In this document: positions 55,713 to 64,000 of the stretch, one piece after another | Numbering within the stretch: position 1 is the first letter of the stretch | How the letters are laid out: each line of letters opens with the position of its first letter | Assembly (NCBI GenBank): GCA_964019425.1 | Contig: OZ025787.1 | Location: 1,426,001-1,490,000 of the forward strand | Direction: 5' to 3' | DNA: 64,000 nucleotides | Source: Flectonema sp. DT1601 | Lineage: Eukaryota | The notes under the pieces: generated by a model | The model's database searches: none | What the model was told of the DNA's origin: nothing | What the model saw: only the letters and a program-made list of their open reading frames with translations | Program-made: the position numbers and the translations under genes

Positions 55713-58700
55713 ATTGTGAATTCTAAAAACATTCGTCGTGTGGTAATCACATGTTGCATCACTCTGAAGAGCATTCTTGTGGAAATCATGTGACCGCTGT
55801 TTTTATTTGTATGCAGTGTGCTCCGATAAAAAAAAAAAAAAAATATGAAAATGAAAAATGAAAATAAATAATTAAAACAACAAAAATATTAACAAACAAA
55901 AATAACAAAATATTTTTATAAAAAGAGGTGCAAAGTTGCCTGGTAAAACAAGAAAAAAAAAAAGAAAAAGTTTTCTCTTGTAGGCTTACGATTCAATACA
56001 CAAATAAAGCAGAAGAGCGTACTTGAAGTTTTCGGTTGTTCACAACCGGACTAGTTTTCAAGCACTCTATCAAACCTTCGTTTATCCCTTATTTTTTTTT
56101 TTCCAGCTCCCTTTTTAGTTTTTGCTTCTGTAGCTCTGTTCTGTTTCTTTTTTTTATTCGTATATATATATTTTTTTTTCTCCGTTGTTTTTTTCTTCTT
56201 TTTTTTTTTTTCCCGTTCTTATTCTTACACTCTGCCTCAGTTCGACAGGGTACTTCTTTCAACCCATTTGGATATTGTTACATTGTACAGCAATGTGGAA
56301 TATTCTAGAGAAGAAAAAAAAAGAAAAATACAAAGAACATCAGAAGATGTATATTTGGAAAGAAGGAAAAAAAAAAAAAAAAAACAGAGATGGCGTTTTG
56401 ATTCATTTTATTGGTTCTTTTTTTTTTTTATTGTTCTTTTTTTTAATATGGTTGCTCAACTCAGTCTGTCCATTTGAATAAAAAAAAAAAAAAAAAAAGA
56501 GAAAAGAAATCTTTATTTAGAAATAATCACGTCCCATATATTCACGTTGTTCCAGTTGGTGGGAAGTAGCCTCAGCTATTGAGTACTTTACAGTTTTTGG
56601 TGTATTCCCACTATTTTTTTTTATTTTTTTTTTTTTTTGATGTTCGGAAGGATGGTATTTCTTTATGTTGTCACTCTGCGTATTATAAGTAGTTTCATTG
56701 TCACTTTTGATTATTTTCTTTGAGATTTAACGTCATTGCTGAAACCCGGTTCCTTTTTTTTATTTTTATTTTTAAATTTAATTTTTTCAAATTTGTAGTT
56801 GACTTTATTTGATTCAGTTCCTGTCAACAACTCACAGCAAGGTTCCAATTAGTTTGATTAATTTAAAAAGAAATGAATAAGTGCAAAGTAACCACTTTTA
56901 AGACTACCCTGTAAGACGTAATGAGTACAACATTTGAAGACTTCCTTTCCGAACGCGAAGTATAAAAAGAGAAGACTGCTAGAAATAGAACAATAAAACT
57001 TGCTCCCCTTCCCCAAGGTATAGTTTTTTTTTCTTCTTTTTTTTTTTTGAATTACTGCTGTTTGGAATCTGAGTGACCCGTTTCCCACCGTACCTCTCCC
57101 ACTCCCCAACTCTCAAAAGTTATTATTGGTTAGGTTTGTGGTATTGTTTTGGGGTGTGCCCCTGTCTCATTATGCTTTCTATACGGCCTTCAAGGTGGTG
57201 GTGTTTGTGAAGATATTTTTTTTAAATTTCTTTCCTAGTAAGTTCACATCACGGGAATTGGCATTCTTTTTTTTTTTTTTTTTTGTTAACAACGCATTCC
57301 AGCCATGCAGTGGTGGATACTGGCACGGGGCACAATTTTTTTTCTTTTTCCCCCTTCTCCCTCGGCCGAGAAAACTTTACCGGCGCGAGAAAGTGTTTTT
57401 ACGGTTTACTTTCCTCACGGACATGGATGACGAAAAATATTCGGTCTTTTTATATTATTATTATTATTGTTTTTTGGTCTTGCTAGATTACCGTTGCAAA
57501 AATTGTTTATTTTTGAATTTGCAGCGGAATTAAAAAAAAAAAAAAATTATTATTTATTATTGATTTCTTTTGTATCTGTTTCTGTTCCCACTTATTTATT
57601 TATTTTAAAAAAAAAACAATACAATCATCATGACGAAAGAAGTAATGGAAAAAAAAAAAAAAAAAGATTACCTCTCAAGTGTTCAAAAAAAATTTTTTTT
57701 TAAAAAAATATGTTTAGGCTATGTTTGTAGTAGGAAAAAATAAACGAAACGCCCCGGCAATAATATAGCTGTTATTGCCGTGGTTCGGCTTAAGTCTGTT
57801 TTTTTTATATTTTTTTTTTTGTCTTTTTTATAATCATTTAGTGAAGCATCTTTGTCTTATGCCGGCGTAAGCAACAGCTTAACGCCCACAAGCAAAGTGC
57901 CTCTTCTTCCTACTATGGTATGCTTAACTGGAGGTGAGTAAGGCGGTTTAAGAGCGCATATTCATCTCCTTTTTTTTCCCCCCACCAATAATTATTTTTC
58001 CTCCATTTTTTTGACATCAGAACACTTTTGGGAAATTTTGTTTTCTTTTCTTTTTTTTTTTTATATTAATTGAAACCTCGTTTCCAGTGCAAGAAGAAGG
58101 GGAAAAAAAAAAAAAAAAAAAAAAAAATTACTTTGTTTTATTATTTAATGCCAACTCTTTTTTGGTTGAAGTTGACTCTTTTTCTTTTTTTTTTGTGACC
58201 TCGTATTTCGGTACTTTTCCAACATCTGTTTCCAACAATAACGAATAGTATTATGACGTTATGGCTACTGCTTAAGAAATTGCGAGATTCACTTTTTATT
58301 TTTTTATTACAAAAAAAAGAAAAAAAAGTCAGCTTCCGTGGAGAAGGTCTACAAGTTAACAAAGTAATAATCCCAATTGTGGTAGACGTTAGGGGACAAT
58401 GGTATCTTTTCTTATTTATTCATAGTCGTGAGTCCACTTTGGGATTTTTTTTAAATTTTTTTTTAAAGAAAAAAAAGAAAAATTATACGACACTAACATT
58501 TCTTCAGTTTTTAATATATATTCAAAGGTGACAATGGGTCCGTCACGCCGAGTCCCTTTGTGATATTACTTTGTTAGTTTTTGCTACACTTTTACTTTTT
58601 AAGTTATCATTGAAAATGGACACTTATTCGTTCCTATGCGCAATGAAAAACTAAAAATCCTTCCCCTTCTCGTGCAGTATCACGATGTAAGTGTAAGCAA

Positions 58701-61700
58701 CTGTTTTTATTATTATTATTATTATTTTTTTTTTAAAAATCATCTGAAGAATTATTTGTACAATGTCGTCATAAGAATATTCTTTTTTGAAAGTGAAAAC
58801 GGGAAATGAAAAAAAAAAAAAAAAAAGAAGAAGAAGAAAAAGAAATTATGCATCGATGATTCAGTCACCGATACGAACGAAAAAAAAAAACTAAGAAAAA
58901 ATCAACCACATGACGAGGAGAATAAACTCCACTAGTGAAAATAGTGATGTTTGAGATTTATTTTCTGAAATAAATGTTTGCATTCTTACTAACTAGTGTG
59001 TTTTTATTCCCTTCTTTTCCAACTCTTGACACGGACTGCTGGACACCCCGATGTCTGCAGTCTTTTCATTTCTTTACTCTGAAGCAACTTCTCACCCTGT
59101 TACTTGTTTTTTTTTTTTTTTTTTAGTTGTACCTTTTTTAACACATCATATCTACTCAATTCAATCACCTGAACCACATGAAAAAAATAAAAAGGAAGGT
59201 CACGCCTCCTTTCGTAGAATGTTACTGCCTCGGCGTAGCGTCCTGTCTTACACAGAACTCTGATCAGGAAAATCTTGTTTTGTGAACCCGAAGTACACAG
59301 TGCTTAGGGGATTCTACAATGTCACACAACCCATGCTGTGTATGTTTATTTGTGAACACCAGAAAATACGGCTTCTGATCTGCAAACACTTGTATGCAAT
59401 TAAATGGGGTGATCATTTTATGAACCCAAAAAAACAGAAAAAAAAAAGAAAAGAAAAGAAAAAAGATGTGTACAACCCCTACAACCCTCTAATATTGTTA
59501 TTTTTATTTTTTTTTTGTAATTTTTGTGAATCAGAAGTTGCTTCAGAACACTTTTTAAAAAAAAGAAGAAACGGAAGTGTAAAATCACATCCTTTGTTGC
59601 GGTGCATCATGCCCGTGTACACCCAGACGTATGAAATGAAAGGCCTGGTGTTGTTACTGTAGTTACCGTGTCACAGCAAAACAGATAATTGTGAACTAAC
59701 TGTGTCTAGTCCTAGTTTTTGATGACCTTCTGAAACAGTTTTTAGTGCAAGAGACGCAGTAGTGTTGTCTGATAAGTGTGTTCACGTTTTTTGGGGTTTT
59801 TTAATATTTTTTTTTTAAAAAAAAAAGTTTTTCTAATATGTTTATTTGACTCGCCTTTCCATCACTTCAAAATGCAAAAAAAAAAAAAAGCTTCTCTCTC
59901 TTGCTTGAATCGACCGAAGCCGACTTTCGGCTTTGGTCGATCCAGCGAGTTAAACCTCAATAAAATAAAATAAAAATGATTAAGTTCTCAATCAGAATGA
60001 AAGAATCGCTGCTCTAAATACCCGTCAAGGAGAACTCGCAATAAGTTATTCCTGCTTGGTGGGCTTTAGAAGTAACACAAAGAGAATAGTATTGAGCGTT
60101 GAGGACTGGAAAAGATTCCTGTTTGAAAAAGGTCACAGCGTGTGCAGCTTGCAGCCTGCTTTGATTATTATGTAGATTCGAAAAAATGATGTAAAAAAAA
60201 ACCCCCCTTTTAAACTCTATCGTAGCATTAATGGAAAAGATGGGTAGGAGTCAACAGTTCTATCGCAAGCAATTAAATTGTACTATTTCTCTGTCTTAAC
60301 GTAGTGCCCCCCCTCCGCCCCCTTTTTTTTATCATTCTTGGAAGCGATTGTCCCCCTCCGCTCCAAGAAGAAAAAAAAAACTGCAAAATTCCAGAAGCAG
60401 ATGTATTTCAAGTAGTCTCCTTATATTCCACTCTGAGTATCAATCCTGGCGTTTCTTAAATATAAACCTATGTTGTTACAGACGTCTGTTGGATGGTTTC
60501 CGGTCCTCATTTCCCTCCACGGTCATAAATTTTTACAATGTGACCATAGTGATGGACATGAAATGATCTTTTCTTGCCGACTGTGTATAACTTTAAGTCT
60601 ATTTTTAGTATTAAAAAAAAATGTATGAAAATAAAACATAACAGTTTCTATTGTTATATATTGGTTTTGTCCTCTCCTTTTTCAACCTGTTAAACAAGCT
60701 ACGGTTTGTTTAGCTGTTGATTACTTAAAGTAAACCTGACTCATTTTCTTTTTTTTTTTAGCATTTAACTTTTAAAATAATTTCAACTAAACTTGTTTGT
60801 TGTTTTTCTTTTTTTGGTTCGATATGTTTTTTTAATCTCGCCTAGAAAGTGTCGGGTGCTCTGCTTATTGATTTCAGCTCTTGACATTTTCCCTATTCTC
60901 TGTTTTCTGTAGTGAAGGATTTACTACTAGGCTAGTCCTTTGATTTGTTGAGAGCGGCCTTGCAAAAAAAACAACACTCAAGCTCTGTAGAGCTGAGTGT
61001 GTTCTTTATCACGTTTGGTCATATTCACCACATCTTGCTGACGTCTATTCATCTTCACAAAATCTTCTTTTTCCTATTTTCTTTTTACTCCTCCTGAACC
61101 TCGGTGCTGCTGCTTTGTCTCCGTCAAGGAAAGCTCAACACTTCAGCAGCAATTATTAAATTCTCTTTTCTGGGTTTCAAAATGCGTTTCTTACGCACAT
61201 TGAAAAAAAAAAAAACTTTTTTTAACACACAAGTATTATTGGTTTGGTGTGAAATTTCGCCTATTCCAAGAGTCTTAAGCTTCGTATATGCTGATTGTGA
61301 GTTCATGCATGAAATTAATTCAATTGAGGCTATTGGTGTTTATTCAAAACAATCGGAGTGTCTTAGAGACTTTTGTTTTCTAGTTTTCACTGCTATTTCT
61401 AATATGTGATGATTGCACAGTTCGTGATGTATTTTGCGGTAGTCTGCCCTTACATTATGATCGCAATCTCTTTTTTCACTTCAACACAAATAGCTCAGAA
61501 GGGAAACATCAGTTTGTAAAAACAACAACAAACTCCTGATATTAACTAAATTTTTTTTTCTTTTTTTGTATCTTGTACACTATTGTAAAGTAACATAGGC
61601 TTACTCAGCCTGATTCTTTCAACACCTGGTTGGTGTGATGAGTACAATCGCGTTTTAACAGTTTACGTGATGATTTGTAGTCAATATAGTCTCGCCTTCC

Positions 61701-64000
61701 ACAGGGTCATTACTAGCGTATTTCAAATCAAACAAAGACGTCAACTGTTGCACCACAAGATAATAGTTGTTTGTCAACCAAATCCACCATTATACATATT
61801 ATGTAAGACTGCAAGAATAAGTCAGTTTTTCGTAATCTACAAAACAATCTATGAGCAGGGTTTGCGAGATTTGCAGGTCTTTTCCTCACTATCTCACTCT
61901 TACTCTTCAGATTGAAATGTTTTGAAAAAAAAAGTTAGCAAACCGTTGGAAAGCCATAATTGTGGCTTGACATCGCTGTCTTTTTTTAATTTTTTTTTTT
62001 TTTTTTTTTTACCTTTTTTTTTCTTCCAGTTCTTGGAATGAAATACCTCTCTTCTTATTACATCCGCCCTTCAACCTGAAGTAGCCAACTACTGGGCATG
62101 ATGGGTAAATATTCATTTTCTATCACATAGTCTTGTTACGCAAGAAGTCACCTCTTTTTAATCATGTCCTCATCCCCATTCGTCAATTTTAAGTCATCTT
62201 TTTCTAAGAATTTATTTTATGAAAGATGATATCATAGTATTTATTATATTTCTGTTGTTTTTTTTTTTTTGTTGTTGTTGTTCAAAGATAAGTTCCTGGG
62301 ATCATGCTGTGCTGTCTTTTTGGACCTTACACTGTGACGTTGTAGACAGTGTCGCTCTGAAATGAAAAAAAAGATCCAAGACCGCGTGTGGTCCCGCTGT
62401 TGTTGTCATTGGCAACTTAGATACGTTATGGGTATCGCTTCCAGCCATCAAATCACCTTCCCCCCTTTTTTTTTTTTTTTTTTTTTTTTTTGTTCGGTCA
62501 TTCAGACTACATGTCACCCCCCTTTTCACTGAGTTCCAAGCAGCAGTTTAAAAATAGAAAAAAGAAAAGGAAATGAAAGAAAATGAAAAAAAAAAAAAAT
62601 GAAAAAATCGAATTATCAAACGAGACTGAAAACAGGTTTTCTACTGTTCATCGATAGTACTTCTCACGTGGAGTGTAACTAAAAAAACCTCCACAAAGAT
62701 CATCCTGTTTCATCGTTTACTCGTACGTTTAGCAATTGCTATTTGTGAAAGTGACAAAAGAAGGGGAAAAAAAAATCAATTTTTTCTCCTAAAATAAAAA
62801 GATATTAGCAACGTCGAGGGATGAGTTGCTTCACTTTGAAGAGATTAATAATAGACTATCTACTACGTTTCGTTTTCTACATCAACGATCTGAGAATCTC
62901 TCTTCCATTACCTAACTTATTATGTTCTAACTTCATACTTTCTCCTTGTAAATCACGTACTGGGACGCAATTTATGTCTTTATTGCAAGCAATTATGATT
63001 CATTGCACAAGACAGACTAATTGTTGTTTGCTGTCGTCAAAGGATGTTTTTTTCTTTCTTTTTTTGTTGTGTTTAAAAAAAAAAAAAGTGTTTTGTTTTA
63101 TATTCATTAGTTTCCTTATGGTTTATTCTTTTTTTATTTTATTTTTTTTTACCCCCTTTCCCTCAGACCTATCATCCATAAGGAAAGGGTCGTATTAAGT
63201 AGTAAGCATTTTTGTCATGTTTGTTAACCTGACCTAATGTGAGTAGCCATCTTTTTCATGTCACAAGGCTTGTACTGGTAGCAGTGTTCGGCATCAAATG
63301 TTGCCCCCTGCCAAAAATATATTCTGTATCCAGCTTCTTCAAGGTTCTCCTACTTCCTGTTCCTTTTTGTTTACTTTTTTTTTCTCCCGTTTTTTTTTTT
63401 TTTTTTTTTTTTTTGCATTTCAAGCAACAAAATTTGTGTGAAACGACAGAAGAAGCCAACTGCAACTTAAACTACTACCTGCGTTAATAAAAGAAATCCG
63501 GTTGACTTTTTTTTTTTTTTTTCAATTTTGATAAAGCAGATGATTGCTAAGAGAAGCCTGACTGCGATACAAAATAAAAGGTACCTTTTCTAAACACACA
63601 GCCATATTGTTGTATGATGCCGTGTGTTCCTTTCCAGATTTCCAAAGAAAAGGATCGCAACAGAAAAAAAGAGACTTTTCAAGTATCACATGTTGTTTTT
63701 TTTACTCGCAGAATTTTTGATCTCGGAGAATATGTACTGCTGTATTCGTTGTTCTCGTAGAGTTTCATTTTTTGATACTGTGCATCCGTAGTCTGAGTAG
63801 CTTGTTTGCATAAAAATCCCCACGCGAGTACCACTGCTGAAGTGCAATGTAAAATATGATTTTTCATAAAAATATGACATTTCGTGTGATGACTTACACA
63901 TTGTCAAATTGTAATAATATTTTGTTTCTGTTTAGTGCAGTCTATTTATTTGGTTTTTTCAAAACAGTTCGGAATTGTGTAAAAAAAAAAAAAAAAAAAG

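Noticed and set aside
1..64000. tRNA, rRNA, SL RNA or U snRNA genes
   Set aside because: None recognised by eye; tRNAscan-SE and cmscan are needed to exclude divergent ones

Overview
AT-rich eukaryotic DNA, most likely from a euglenozoan and probably a diplonemid (inferred from KMP-11, two BILBO1-like genes, a Ubl-LRR gene and a GT-AG cis-intron). About 26 plausible protein genes all lie on the + strand, head to tail, and are almost intron-free, consistent with a polycistronic, trans-spliced gene cluster. Recognisable genes: a tandem pair of secreted GH95-like glycoside hydrolases, RPS12, BRAP/ETP1, KMP-11, BILBO1-like x2, RPAC1/AC40 (one 73-nt intron), a cyclophilin, UBXN11-like, a HAD phosphatase, SNAP50-like and WDR49-like. 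Two homopolymer-rich non-coding stretches of about 8 kb follow small ORFs. The top finding is at 25624-25706: a complete hammerhead-ribozyme core (CUGAUGA / stem II / GAAA / GUA) whose cleavage strand sits inside loop II and is braced by two extra helices. This strand order is none of the standard type I, II or III permutations. The two hydrolase paralogs are nearly identical except for dense amino-acid change in a few C-terminal patches. All family calls come from motif recognition by eye; no database searches were run.
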